Positions 24,061 to 37,627 of a stretch of DNA of 42,950 nucleotides are shown piece by piece. The stretch lies in NCBI RefSeq assembly GCF_001194135.2, contig NC_069001.1:16471169-16514118 (forward strand). The letters run 5' to 3'. This DNA is from Octopus bimaculoides. Taxonomy: Eukaryota. Below the pieces are notes generated by a model, which was not told where the DNA came from, ran no database searches, and worked only from the letters and a program-made list of their open reading frames with translations. A program made the position numbers and the translations under genes. The first letter of the stretch is position 1; each line of letters starts with the position of its first letter.

Positions 24061-25342
24061 TATGAGGAATAGCTGAAAAGTTCATAGGATGACCAAGATA
24101 CTTTCATGGAATGTGACTAAATGAGGCTTATTTTACAACATAGTCTCCCCTTGCGATCCATGCACTTCTTTCATAGGTGTTGCAGTGCTTGGATCCCATT
24201 GGTGAAGAAGCTTTTGTGTTGTTGGTCAAATAAGTCAACAGCAATTATGACATCATTATCACTGTGATACTTCCATGCCAAGTGTTTTTACATGTTGGGG
24301 GAACAGATAATAGTCAGATGGAGCCAAATCAAGAGAATAGAGAAGGTAATCAACCCGTTTAAAAGTCACAGTCGTATACAGCAGCCATTGAAACCAAGGA
24401 CTTGTGTGCTGGAGCATTGTCTTCATGAAACAAGACCCCTTTCCTCAGTTTTCCTGGGTGTTTGGTCTTGAGTGCCTTTTGTAAACACCCTCAGCAAGTT
24501 GGCATAGCACTCTCCATTGATGGTGTGGTCCTTTTCAAGATATTCCATAAGCACAATGCCTTTTGCATCCCCAGAAACTGAGGCCTTCAATTTCCCTGCA
24601 GATGAAATGACCTTGACATTCTTTGGAGCAGGTGACAATGGGTATTTCCACTGCATGGATTGTCTCTTTATCTTTGGCTCAAAGTGATGAACCCAACATT
24701 CATCCTGGGCTCGGAAACATGGAAACCAGTTAGATTTACCTGAAACAATGTCAGATTTTCCTGTGATGTCATCAGGCTGATGCACTTTTGATCAGGTGTC
24801 AGAAGACCTGGCACTCACCGAGTTGAAATCTTCATCTTTCCAAGTTCGTTGTGCAGAATATTCTCAATTCTCCCACTGGATATGCTAATAGCATTGGCTA
24901 TTTGAGTTATAATCAATTGCCTGTCATCCATCGCCATGTGGTGAATACGCTCAATGTTTTCGTCAGTGGTGGCAGTTGCAGGATATCTAGACCTTGGGTC
25001 ATCTTCAAGACTCTCCCCTCCTAAATTCAGCTGCCTAATTTTTGCTCTGTTAATAAAGCTGGAGTGTCATCCCCTAATGTAGCAACCATGAATGTCATTG
25101 GTGGTTAAACCCTTTTTTCTGCAGGCATTTGATAATACTACAACCCTAAATTTTGTTGATTTTCAAGATAAGTTGCTACTAGTTACTTCTGAAGGTTTCT
25201 TTGAACAGTCAGGTGTCCGTTTACCTGGAAAGAAACAATGTGGTTAGTTATAAGAAGAGTTGAAATTAATGCATGCAAAATTTCATAGCTCTAGCATCAC
25301 TCCTTCATAGTCAGCTAATGAAATTTACAGGCTACCCTCATA
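24061..25342 (-). mobile_element. Full-length (1.28 kb) inactive mariner
   Basis: TA target at both ends, with TIRs tatgaggaatagctgaaaagttcatagga / tcagctaatgaaatttacaggctaccctcata. Motifs WVHHFEP..KRQSMQW, FHEDNAPAH, YSLDLAPSDYYLFP. Multiple stops and frameshifts. Confidence 0.9.
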
Positions 25343-25480
25343 TGTATGTATATGTATCTATGTGTATATATCAATATATATTTATTTGTATGTATGGATT
25401 GATATGTATGTATGTGTATGGATCAATATATATTTATATGTATGTATGTATTGATATGTATTTGTGTGTGTGTGTGTGTA

Positions 25481-25704
25481 TATGGTGGGGTGTTGAAATG
25501 TTCCTGGCATTAAGGGTATTATGAAAAGCCTGGTTGGAGGCCCAACCTTCTGAGTTCTTTTAAAAGGCTTAGAAAAACTGAAGGACCACTACAATAAGTG
25601 TGTGAATTTGAGAGGGAAATATGTTGAATAAAATCATCATCATTGACTGATCCTCCAGTATTTTCTTTTACCCAAAGCCAGGAACTTTTCAGCACCTCCT
25701 CATA
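25481..25704 (+). mobile_element. Mariner-derived MITE, second copy, ending about 95 nt upstream of the SH2 exon
   Basis: Aligns along its length with 3001-3216. TA ends within TA/TG microsatellite. Confidence 0.85.
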
Positions 25705-25713
25705 TGTATGTAA

Positions 25714-25947
<234 letters not shown>

Positions 25948-26820
25948 TAAGTATCACCTTCTCTGTCTAAGATGAGTTTCCTGAGGGTCAGCACTACCTG
26001 CTAGTAGTGTCTAACATATAGTCAAAGCACTTCTGACATGACCATCTCAACTTTGAGGGGTTACCTTGGACTACATTATGTGTTTATTCTTATAAACACG
26101 TAAGTGGTTGGTGTTAGGAAGGGCATCCAGCTGTAGAAACTCTGCCAGATCAGATTGGAGCCTGGTGCAGCCATCTGGTTTGCCAGTCCTCAGTCAAATC
26201 GTCCAACCCATGCTAGCATGGAAAGCAGACGTTAAACGATGATGATGATGTTGGAAGTAGGGTGGATATACTAAATTGTAATTATTTTGTGACAGATTGA
26301 ATAAAAGACCACACGGTATGTGTCACTTTGTTGATTACCACTGTTATAATAATAATGATGATGGGAATGAGTGCTAAAATGGGCACAATGTCAAAGATTT
26401 TGGTGTTGAGGTTATCTCTGCAGATTTTTTATAGAAATCCGAATATGCATAATGTAAGCAACAATGCGACAGAAGATGGAAAAATGGTTAATGGGTGTAT
26501 ATGCCATACTTCAGGAGTTCTTGCTCCTTCATCAATACCACACTCAACTCCATTAACCATCCATTGCTTGAATAACCACTAAATACAGCAGTGAAACATT
26601 ATATTAGATATACCAATTTTAGGCAGCTGGTACCTACATACTAATGACTTGCATAGCAAAATACAGCATCTCTGCAAGTCATTAATAAGATTTTGGTGCG
26701 GGTTAGAGTGAATTTGATTGGTGCTAGTACTTAGCTAAAACGTTATTTATCAACCCCAGAATGTTTTTTAACTTGGAGTCCTTCAATAATTTCATGTGTA
26801 TTTGTTTCCTATCAGCATAA

Positions 26821-27063
<243 letters not shown>

Positions 27064-27269
27064 TAGAAATTTATCCATTTTAAAAAAAAAATTGCTGCTA
27101 ATTATTGCTGGTTAACCTTTTTCATAAAGGCATGTTTTGTTTTTTAAAAAATACAACATATCTGGACTGTTTCTCTCTGCATCTCGTATAATACATCAAT
27201 GCATGTTGGAGTATACAGTATGTTCTTTAATGAAATGAAGGAGGTGGGGTTCTATCTGAAGTACTAGAT

Positions 27270-27492
27270 CAGTGGTTCTCATCTGGGTCCATATAGTCCC
27301 TTGAGAATCCATGTAAGATGTTGTTAAAATTTATCTGCAATAAATTGATTACATTTATACAATACACAAAATATTTTAACAAATTTCTTAATACAATTCC
27401 TAATGATATTTAATTGTAGAAATATAATAGAATTTTTTAAACATCGAATGGCTAAAAGGGTACATCTGAGTAAAAATGGTTGAGAAACACTG
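27270..27492. mobile_element. hAT (Charlie-like) MITE with 8-bp TSD
   Basis: TIRs CAGTGGTTCTCA / TGAGAAACACTG. TSD tactagat (27262-27269) / cactagat (27493-27500), consistent with an NxCTAGxN hAT target. Confidence 0.85.
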
Positions 27493-27554
27493 CACTAGAT
27501 ATATTTGTTATACTAAGTCAATTAGCCAATACTTCAGTCTTCTCCATTAACGCT

Positions 27555-29053
27555 AACCTGGGGCAAGCTTTCATCCCATCATGAAATGATTTAATTATAG
27601 ATACATAGTGATCCGGACATCCAAGTTTGCCAAGTATTTTCCATAGAAAGGCCTTTGTTAAATCAATGAATACCTGAACAAGATCCATATTTTGCTCATA
27701 GCACTTCTCCTGCATCTGTCTTGCTGTGAAAATCATATCCATTGTCCTTCTACCAGATCGGAAGCCACATTGAGATTCAGATAGAACATCATTTACGAGA
27801 CACCAATTCAGACGGGTAAGAAGAATATTTGCCAGAACCTTGCCAGCAGCTGATAAAGCAATACCTCTGTAGTTACCACACATTGTTCTGGCTCCTTTTC
27901 CTTTATATAGAGGAAGAATAAATGCATCCTTCCAGTCCTTAGAGATTGCACCATTCCTCCAGACTGCACTAATAAGTTCATGAAGGGACTGTGTGATGTA
28001 ATTACCACCAAATCGCAAGACCTCAGCACAAATTCCATCCTTTCTAGGTGCCCTATCAAGATTTAATTTACTTATTGATGTCACTACTTCATCTATTGAG
28101 GGCATAGAATTTAAGGAGCCAATGATAAGTCTTTGTTGCATAGTATCAATCACTATTTTATCCACAACTGACTCGTGGTTTAGGAGTTCAGAGAAGTGTT
28201 CGATCCAGTGACCTGTGATTTCTGTTGATTTAGTAAACAGAGTGGAAGACTCTTTGGAAAGCAAAGGTGCTGATGTGGAGCTCTTAGGTCCATAAGCTCG
28301 CTTCATAAGATGGTAAAGCTTCTTGCTATCATTTGCATCAGCAGCAGCCTGAACATCATGAGCAAGATCCTCCCACCAAGTGTTCTGCATCTTCCTGAGA
28401 GATTGCTGCAGTAGTGATTTTACACTGCTATAGTAGGCAAGTGCTAGACTTTGCTGCACAGTAGACAGTTCTCTGTGTAGCAATACACTGTGAGCATGGC
28501 GCTTTACCACCAATAGTCGCTGAACTTCAGCATCATTTTCATCAAACTAGTCTCTGTGTCTGGCAATAACATGTCCCAGTGTTTCAGCTGCACATTGAAG
28601 AACCTGGTCTCAAAAATCTTCCCATGCTACAGTATTTCCAATGCTGGACAAGCGAGTCTGAAGCTCTTTCCTAACCACAACATCATATACCTTGTGGACA
28701 TTCAGAACTTTGCTCGCACCAGACTGGTCTGTCCAGCATTCTGATCCATGAAAGGACTTGACATTACAAACGTCATAAATGTCGCGCTTGCGGATGATGA
28801 CATAATCCAGCAAGTGCCAAACTTTAGACCTTGGATGCATCCACGTTGTTGTGTGATCACCTTTGTGCATAAAATGAGTGCTTGCGATGTAAAGTCCATG
28901 TTCTTTGCAAAGCTCCAGTAGCAGGAGACCATTGCTATTCATTTTCCCTACTCCAAAACATCTTAGAGAGTTCCATGTTTGCCAGTCTGTTTCAACCCTG
29001 GCATTAAAATTCCCCAGTAGAATGACTTTCCCAGGGAACTGTTCTGGGGCCAT
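27555..29053 (-). mobile_element. RTE-clade LINE ORF2 fragment (AP endonuclease plus N-terminal RT)
   Basis: VILLGNFNARV...GVGKMNSNGLLLL...TWMHPRSKVWHLLDYVII (APE); KDWKDAFILPLYKGKG...CGNYRGIAL...QCGFRSGRRTMDMIFTARQMQEKC...FIDLTKAF (RT). Frameshifted; truncated before the YADD motif. Confidence 0.93.
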
Positions 29054-29600
29054 TACTGTTTATAATAGCCCTCTTAGATGTTCATGATCACCTGGACAGC
29101 CACTGTCACTAGCTATGCTGATGATACAAAATTATCACAGGCAATAAAAAATCAAAATGATGCTGCAAGCTTATAACAGGACCTCAGTGCAATGTACAAG
29201 TGAACTGAAGTAACCAACATGCAGTTTAATGGTGGAAAATTTCAAGCACTGCATTATCAACTCCCAAAAGTGCCGGAGCCTTCATATACAAGACCAGAAG
29301 GCACTGCAATCCCACAGTCACAGACAGTGAAAAACTTGGAGATCAGTATGTGCAATGATACATAGTTTCATATGCATATTATTAAGGTGGCAGCAAAGTG
29401 CAGACAACTGGTAGGATGGATACTAAGATCTTTCAAGAGAAGAGACCAAAATGTTATGTTGACCCTGTTGAGGACCTTTGTTCTCCACCACCTGGACTAC
29501 TGCTCTCAGCTATGGTCACCACATAGTGCCAAACTAACAGTGGGCCTTGAAGCAGTTACTCAGTAAAGTTTGTCTGATATCTTCTCTCCACTTATTGCCG
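29054..29600 (+). mobile_element. CR1/L2-like LINE RT remnant
   Basis: LFII...SYADDTKL...LQQDL-like...MQFNGGKFQALHY ... VGWILRSFKRRD...LLRTFVLHHLDYCSQLWSP. Contains stops. Confidence 0.8.
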
Positions 29601-30383
29601 AGAGGGGTATCATTATCATTTTAGTGTCCGCTTCTCTGAGCTCACATGGACCAGGTGGAAGTTGTTGCCCGTCCTGTCACCAACACTAATCATTACTCAA
29701 AGTAAAGTAATTTTTCCCCACAGCCAGATATGTTTTCACACAAGATTAGAAATGAAGGACACCACTTGCATGATGGTGACAAAGCAAAGCCTCGGTGCTG
29801 GTATGGCTGTGCGGTAAGAAGTTTGCTTCCCAACTACATGGTTTTGAGTTCAGTCCCATTGTATGGCACCTTGGGCAAGTGTCTTCCTTTGTAGCCCTGG
29901 GCTGACTGACCAATGTGGATTTAGTAGACAGAAGTAGGAAACAGCCTGTTGTGTGTTTATGTGTCTGTTTGACCATTGCTTGATATATCCAGTGTTAATA
30001 AGCTTATATCCCCGTAACTTAGCAGTTTGACAAAAGAGACCAATTGAATAAATATCAGGCTTGAAAAACAAAGATAGACTGGAGATGATTCGTTTGACTA
30101 AGGGCTCGTCATCATCATCAGATGCATGAATGAAACAGACAAAAGACACACACACACAGAGTTTCTTTCTACTTCCATCTGCTAAATCCTATTGCAATGG
30201 CTTTGCTCAGCCAGAGCTATAGCAGAAAACACCCAAGATGCCATGCAGTGGGCAGTGGGACTGAACCCAGAACAAACCTTGTGGCTGGGAAGTGAACTTC
30301 TTAACCACACAAGCATGCCTGTGCTTTCAGGAATATGAAAGGAAAAGTTGGGGTTCAGATATGAAATAGTGAAACTAAAATGG

Positions 30384-30493
<110 letters not shown>

Positions 30494-31319
30494 GGTGGGT
30501 GAGCAGAGACTGGTAGATGGTGTTGTTATATTTCTAGGTAAAGTAGAGCAGGATGTGTTGTAGCAGTTAACTTTGAAACAAGAGCTGCAGGTTGTTGTTG
30601 TTGTTGGGCACTTCCAAGTAGGTGATAATTACACTTTCCCACTCACCACTACTGGCACTTCCCTTCCATCTCCTCCTCTCTAGTGTCTCTTTTCTGAAAC
30701 TATAAACCCATCCATGCCCCACCTCTACACTGTGTGTATACCCTGCAAGTGACCGGTTTTTTTTTACCACTTCATAGTTGATGACTCATGTTATTTTTTG
30801 ATAGTTATATGTGTGTGTGTGTGTGTTCCTGTTGAAATAAATAACAACAACAAATGTCAAAACACCTACTTAGCATTGTTATTATTAAGGCAACGAGCTG
30901 GCATAATGCTTTGTGGCATTTTGTCCATCTTTTATGTTCTGAGTTCAAATTCCACCAAGGTTAACTTTGCCATTCCAAGTTCAATAAAATAAGTACCAGT
31001 TGAGCACTGGGGGTTGATGTAATTGACTTAATCCCACCTCTAAAATTGCTGGCCTTGTGCTAAGAGGCCTAACAGAATCATTAGCACACTGAATAAATGC
31101 TTTTCTCCTGGTTTTATGTTCTGAGTTCAAATTCTGCCTTTTATCCTTTCAAGTTGTTCTATGGTCAATGTAACTGACTATCCACTTCCTCCAAAATTTC
31201 AGGCCTTGTCCCTATAGTCAACTTAGAATGGCAAAGGTGATGCTTTAGACTGAAATAATTACCAAGGCATCAAATTGCTGGTAATGAAAATTGCAGAAAG
31301 GGCCATAGCTCGATTAATT

Positions 31320-32920
31320 AGGAAGAGATCCATACCAGGAAGAAGCACTGCTGGGTGAGGCAACTGCAGAAATACTTGGCCAAAAATAAACCTCTGTATT
31401 TGGCTTTTGTTGACATGGACAAAGCCTTTGACAGGGTCCCCCTCTCCCTTATCTGGTGGGCAATGCAGAAGCTAGGGATAGATGAGTGGTTGGTGAGTGC
31501 CATGTGCAGGGATGCTGTCAGTAAGGTGAAAGTTGCCAATGCGTATAGTAAGGAATTTAGTGTACAAGTAGGAGTCCACTGTGGATTGGTTCTCAGCCTC
31601 CTTTTGTTTATCATAGTGCTCCAGGCTATAACAGAGGAATTTAAGACTGGCTGCCCTTGGTAACTTCTCTGCACTGATGACCTTGTTCTTATTGCTGAAT
31701 CAGTATCAGAACCGGAGAAGAAATTTCAGGTGTGGAAGCAAGGTCTGGAATCAAAGGGCCTTAGAGTTAATTTAGTAAAGAATGAAGTCCTTATTAAGTG
31801 GGAAAACAGATAAATCACATCTCCCTTCAGGGAGAAGGCCCTACTTGATATGTAGAAAAGATATTGATAGAAACTCCATATAGTGTACCTAATGCAAGCT
31901 ATGGACACATAAGAGGTGCAGCAGTATCACTGGAAGACTAACAAAGAAAGTTCTCTCTACATGTGGAAGATGTGCGAGTACATTAAACACCAGGGATGTA
32001 CAAAAAAATAGACTCCCTCACATGTCAGGGTGGCCCCTTGGAAGTAGTAGACAGTTTCTGTTATTTAGGTGACCAAATTAGCTGTGGTTAAGGTTGTTCT
32101 GAAAACATAGCTGCTAGAATAAGAATGGGCTGGGCAAAGTTCAGAGAGCTACTACTTCTGTTGGTGACAAGGAGCCTTTCCCTCAGAGTGAAGAGCAGAT
32201 TGTATGTTGCTTGTGTACAAACAGCTATGCTGCATGGCAGTGAAACATGGGTTGTGACTACTGAGAACATGCAAAAGCTTGAAAGAAATGAAGCCAGTTT
32301 GCTCCATTGGATGGGTAAAGTCAGTGGGCATATACGACAGTGTAAGTGATTTGAGAGAAAAACTGGGTACATGAAGCATCAGATGTAGTGTGCAAGAGAG
32401 AAGACTGTGCCAATATGGTCATGTAATGCACATGAATGAAGATAGCTGCATCAAGGAGTGCTGATCTCTAATTGTGGAGGAAAACATGGAAATTAGTAGT
32501 GAGAAAGGATCTTCAGACATCGGGCCTAACAGGGAGGTGACAAGAGACTGAGACTTCTGGCAATTTGCTGTGCTTGAAAACAATGTCAAGCTAAGTAAAC
32601 TTGTTCTTGCATGACCTCTGTATCACCCTTCAACTGAGCAATCCTAATCCTGCAGGTTTGTGGAAGCTGGTATCACATAAAAAGCACCTGTGCTGGTGCT
32701 TTTTAGAAGCACCCATGCCAGTGTTGTGTAAAAGCACCCAGTACACTTTGTGAAGTGGTTAGTGTTAGGAAGAGTGTCCAGCCATAGAAACCATGCCAAA
32801 ACTGACATGCAGCCTGGGAAGCTCTTTAGCTTACCAGCTCCTGTCAAACCATCCAACCCATGCTAGCATGGAAAACAGATGTTAAATGATGATGTTGATG
32901 CTGATGTTGTTGATGATGAT
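31320..32920 (+). mobile_element. 5'-truncated RTE-clade LINE (RT region plus 3' UTR and (GAT)n tail)
   Basis: LYLAFVDMDKAFDRVP...GVHCGLVLSLLLF...GCPW*LLCTDDLVLIAES...WAKFRELL...LHGSETW, followed co-directionally by the ccaacccatgctagcatggaaa...gatgat tail. Confidence 0.88.
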
Positions 32921-33624
32921 CAAACAAAATAGCTTACAGTATTTGTTCTAGTTTTTTGAGGTCAGAGTTGTTGGATGGTAAACTTAACCCATAGCCTGCC
33001 TTAACACCATCATCTGGTCCTTGGCTCCTTTTAATGGAAGGGCCCAGTCTTTTGCAAGTAGGCTAGGTTTCTGGTTTGAGAATAACTACTTCTATTGTTT
33101 CCACTTGGAGGTCCTCAAAAAGCTATCCTGCAATTACCCTTCCATCTCTTAATAAATAAATAATTTTTATTGTCATTAATCTAGGGCTGGTTGAGTATCA
33201 GTGGTTGTGGTAGGAAAGTTAGTAATATAGAGGAGTTGAGGCTGTGGTAACAGAGGCAGAATAAGAGGGAGAAGAAAAGCTCTTTGTTTGAAGGCTAGAG
33301 ATTGTAATGCTGTGAATGTGTCCAGTTTCTTCCTTTTTTCTTGGTACAAAGTTGTGTGTGTAATAGCAGTACCAGCACCACTCTCCTAGAGGTGGGAGAA
33401 GTTCTCTGTTGTTAGTAATATTTCAGCCTTTTGGAATGAGTTATCAATTGATCAGTTCTTAAGTATTTCCTGACTGAAAAGGAAATCCAGTTTTAGTTGT
33501 GTTTGTGAAGTCATTATGAAAGATACTCACTGTTTTGAGGGTTTTTAGCTTTTGTAGTGTAACTGTCCGTGTGTATGAGTGTTGTGGCTGGAGATGCAAT
33601 TGTGTTAGAATGATTAAGAAGTTT

Positions 33625-33833
33625 TATTTCTTTATTGCTCACAGAGGGGACAGACAAACGGATTAAGTCGATTATATCGACTCCAGTGTGTAACTGGTAC
33701 TTATTTAATCGACCCCGAAAGGATGAAAGGCAAAGTCGACCTCAGCGGAATTTGAACTCAGAATGTAGCGGCAGACGAAATACCGATAAGCATTTCGCCC
33801 GGCGTGCTAACGTTTCTGCCAGCTCGCCGCCTT
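33625..33833 (-). mobile_element. Young tRNA-SINE with 16-bp TSD, nested in an older SINE head
   Basis: CpG-rich head ggcggcgagctggcagaaacgttagcacgccgggcg...gagttcaaattcc. TSD aatgattaagaagttt (33609-33624) / aatggttaagaagttt (33834-33849). Confidence 0.88.
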
Positions 33834-34020
33834 AATGGTTAAGAAGTTTGCTTTGCAATCATGAGGTTCTGGGTTAAATACTACTGCCAGGTATACTCAA
33901 TAAGCGTCTTGTTAATCATGGCCTTGGGTCAATTTATGAATGAAATTAAGTCAATGGAAACTGTGTAGAAGCCTCTTGGATTGAGTGTATCTGCAATTAG
34001 AAGTTCCCAGTCATGTCACA

Positions 34021-35200
34021 TACAAGATATATTTCAGACGTTTTGAGACTTTTTCAGGAGAGACATTTATCCATTTCAAAGAAGTACAAAACTCTAATCT
34101 CCTTCAAAGTAGGATCCTCTGACTTCAATGCACTTGTAGTGCTACAACCACTTCGTGAAGGCCCTGTGTAAGTTCTCCAATATGAAGGTATCCAGAACCC
34201 TTATCACAGCCTCCTTCATCTCCCCAGTGTCTTCAGAAAGACTGCCCTTGAAGTTCTCCTTCAACTTGGGGAACAGTGAAAAGTCACAAGGAGCTAAGTC
34301 TGGACTGTAGGAAAGGTGGGAGACAGTTTTGATGTTCATCTCTGTCAAGTAGTTGGTTACCAGGATCAAATTATGGACTGGTGCATTGTCATAGTGCTGG
34401 TGCCACCAACATGAGTGGAAGAGCTCTGGCCTTATGCAACAAAAGCTTTTCCTGAGCTGCTTCAAAACTTCTGCAAAGTATTCTTTGTTGATTGTCAGGG
34501 TAGAGGGAACCCAGTGGATGTAGATAATGCCTTTGCTATCAAAAAAGGGGATCATCATAAGCTTTTCAGTGGACATGTTTTAGCTGGCCATCTTGAATTT
34601 GGAGGAACCAAGATGCTTTCATTTGGCAGTCTCTTGGTCTGTGGAGCATAACAGTAGATCCAGCTCATATCACAGGCCACCAGAGACTCAACTACTTTTG
34701 GATTGGTGATAATGAACTCAACCATCTCCCTGTTGTCACCAACACATCTTTCCTTCTCTTTGTCACTGAGCACCTTGAAAACAAACTTTGGACAAATTTT
34801 GTGCTTGTTCAGATCTTCATGACTAATTCTGTGTGTAGTCACCACACCAGCTCCACATTGTATGCTTATTGTCTTTAAAGACACATGATGGTCTTCATTC
34901 AGAAAATTATGAATTTTCTCAACCAGCTCTGATGTTCTGATGTCCTCCCTACTATACCTCACATTGTCCCTCGCCTCTCTACTGTCCTTGAACCTCATGT
35001 GCCAGTGAAAAGCAGATGCTTTGCTCATTAGTTAATCCATAGTCAGTCTGGAGCATTTCATAAGTTTCTGTAGTGTTTTTGCCCAATTTAACACACAAAA
35101 CTTTATTACATAATAAGCTTCCAACTTGTCTTCGCATCTCGAATGCATTCCCCAAACTAGTCAGCTGTAATAAGCAGTGTGTTCAAAGTGCTGTTAAAGC
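34021..35200 (-). mobile_element. Inactive mariner (D,D34D)
   Basis: ACDMSWIYCY, HYDNAPVH and YSPDLAPCDF, with 34 residues between D2 and D3. The transposase is split by frameshifts (ORFs 34555-35028 and 34142-34576). Right boundary uncertain. Confidence 0.9.
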
Positions 35201-35429
35201 TGTCTCCTTCAATCTGAATAAAAGGTTGACAGGTCAATACATGTGCATACACACAATGTGTGCATACATGTGCATACACACAATGTTGGTCTATACTGAG
35301 ACAGTGGTTTGGGAATATCACATAGCTGTGATGGTCATGCTTCTGATAAATTTGGGAAAAGCACTAATTGATATCTTTAGTCAATTATGCTTCAAAATCA
35401 GTTACTACTAATCTGTCAAAAGTCTAATT

Positions 35430-36310
35430 TTTAGATGATTCTCTAGATCTACACTCCTTTTCTTATGAACTGTACCATAAACCAAAAGAGAAACTCTCCT
35501 ACCTACACAAACAATTCTGTCACCTACCCCCATACTGTTTAAAACCTAATAGCTAACATTAGTAATAGGATAACTGATCTATCTTCTAAAGAAATATATA
35601 AGACAGCCCTTACTATAACAATGCCCTAGCTAACAGTGGCTTCAAAGATAAGATATAATTACAACCCAAAATATGAATCATAAAAATAGACTGAGGAAAA
35701 TAATTTGGTTTGCCTCTGCTCCGTCTCCCTCAATGTTAAAACTATTATAGGCAAGAAATTTCAGTTTTAGATAAGCATTTTCTTGTAAAACACAAGTACA
35801 GGAAAATTTTTAGCAGATGTTCAATTAAAATATCATACAGCTGCTGCCCCAATATGAAGAACATTATCACTTGTAAACATCTCCAAGAACCCACTTCCAG
35901 TTGTAATCGTCAAGACCCTGAAGCTTGCCCACTTGACCAAGCATGTATGATAAATTCTGTCATATACGAGGCAGAAGTCAAAGCAATACTTCAAAATAAC
36001 TTAACTGAAAAGAGGAATTTCATTAGGTTATGCGAAGATTTTAAACCACTTATCTCCTTTCTGGCACATTGACAAAAGTAAAGTTACTAAGTTGGTCAGC
36101 CTTGTATGAAGCTTGAAGAGCAACTCCACACCACATACAGTCAAGTGTAAAATTATTGAGAAATCCATGCCATATGTTATGCATAACTGAAAGATTGTAC
36201 ATTCTTTTTAGATCTAAGAATCCCAGCACACAACTGAATTTCAAATCAGAAGTTTTCAGCAAATGCAAACATATGGACAAACTTCTTTTGGTGAAATACA
36301 GAACACCACC
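35430..36310 (+). mobile_element. Penelope-like element remnant (RT thumb plus GIY-YIG)
   Basis: ELYHKPKEKLSYLH...YNNALANSGF; SCNRQDPEACPLDQACMINSVIYEAEV...FIRLCEDFK; LCITERLYIL...LNFKSEVFSKCKH. Typical PLE C-terminus, decayed. Confidence 0.8.
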
Positions 36311-37627
36311 CCGCCAGATAGATCTACTGTCTCACACACTTTCACACTGTCTCTCACACCATCCTCTGTTGAATCATTCTATAACTAGCTTTATTATGGC
36401 TTTACAGTCAAAGGGGACATAACTCTAATTTTCTTTTTTTTTTCCATTTCTTTTTCTGTTCTTTCCACCCTACCAATTTTTACATCTACTTTCTTGCTTT
36501 TTCTCATGATTTCTCTTGTTCCAGCATCCTGGTTTGTAAATTGAATAGGCTTTGTGCTCAGAGCCTGAAGATTGCTTGGAGACACAAGGCATGATATAAA
36601 AACCTGCCTAGACTTTCCTTGCTTAATGCATTAGTAGCTCATATCTTTATACTGTGCACATTAAATATTTATCTATCTCTCAGTGGATGGAATGCTTTTT
36701 CTTGATATATATATATGTATACACATACAGACACACCTTCATATAATGTGTTTTCCATGCTGGCATGGGTTGGACAGTTTGACAGGAGCTGACCAGCTGA
36801 AGGGCTGTTTAGGCTCCATGTCTGTTTTCTACAGCTGGATGCCCTTCCTAACATCGACCACTTCACAGAGTGTACTGGGTGCTTTTACACTGCACCAGTG
36901 TCAATGCTTTTTACATGGTACCAGCACTACAAGCCCGCAAGATTAGGGATGCTTGGCAGGAGAAGGTTGCAGGGGACGAGCCTATACATGTATGTGTATA
37001 TGCACACACATGTGCATAAATAGACAGTGGTGATTTCCTCCATGAATGCAAATTCCATATCAGATTTTATTATAAACTAAAGAGATAGAGAGTGTACATC
37101 GTATGTCATTGGCCTTGATAAAACCTGTCAAAACATGCTTGACCAGCTGGACAGGTTGGCACCATACCATGGGAGAACCTCTAAGTGATTTATTGACTTG
37201 CTAGGAATAGCAGCAAGTTTCTCTTAAATCATTCTCCTACATTATATAAAAGGAAGGACACATTGAGTAAATTAATTTTAAAAAGACAGAATGGCCATGA
37301 CCAGAAAGCCTTGGGGAATATAGGTCTGTCTGCTCAATGAACTATACTTAACATACTTAAAACTATACTTAAAAGCAACCCCACTGGTGTTGGTGCCACT
37401 ATAAATTTACTTTGTGTTAGGAAAGCATCCAACCATAAAAACCAAGCCAGATATGGCTTCCAACCCATTTAGGAGTGCATTAATTCTTGTAAAAAAAAAA
37501 AAAAAGCTGTCTTAGCAACCATCCAACCCATGTGAGCATGGAAAGTGGATGTAAAATGATGATGATGAGGAGGAGGAGGATGTTGGTCATGATTTAATAT
37601 ATTCATATATTTTTGTTCTTGTTGCAG

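Noticed and set aside
35237-35286. Short tandem duplication atacatgtgcatacacacaatgt, twice; CRISPR-like arrays were considered generally
   Set aside because: Microsatellite-derived slippage. There is no repeat-spacer array anywhere in the window and the context is eukaryotic.
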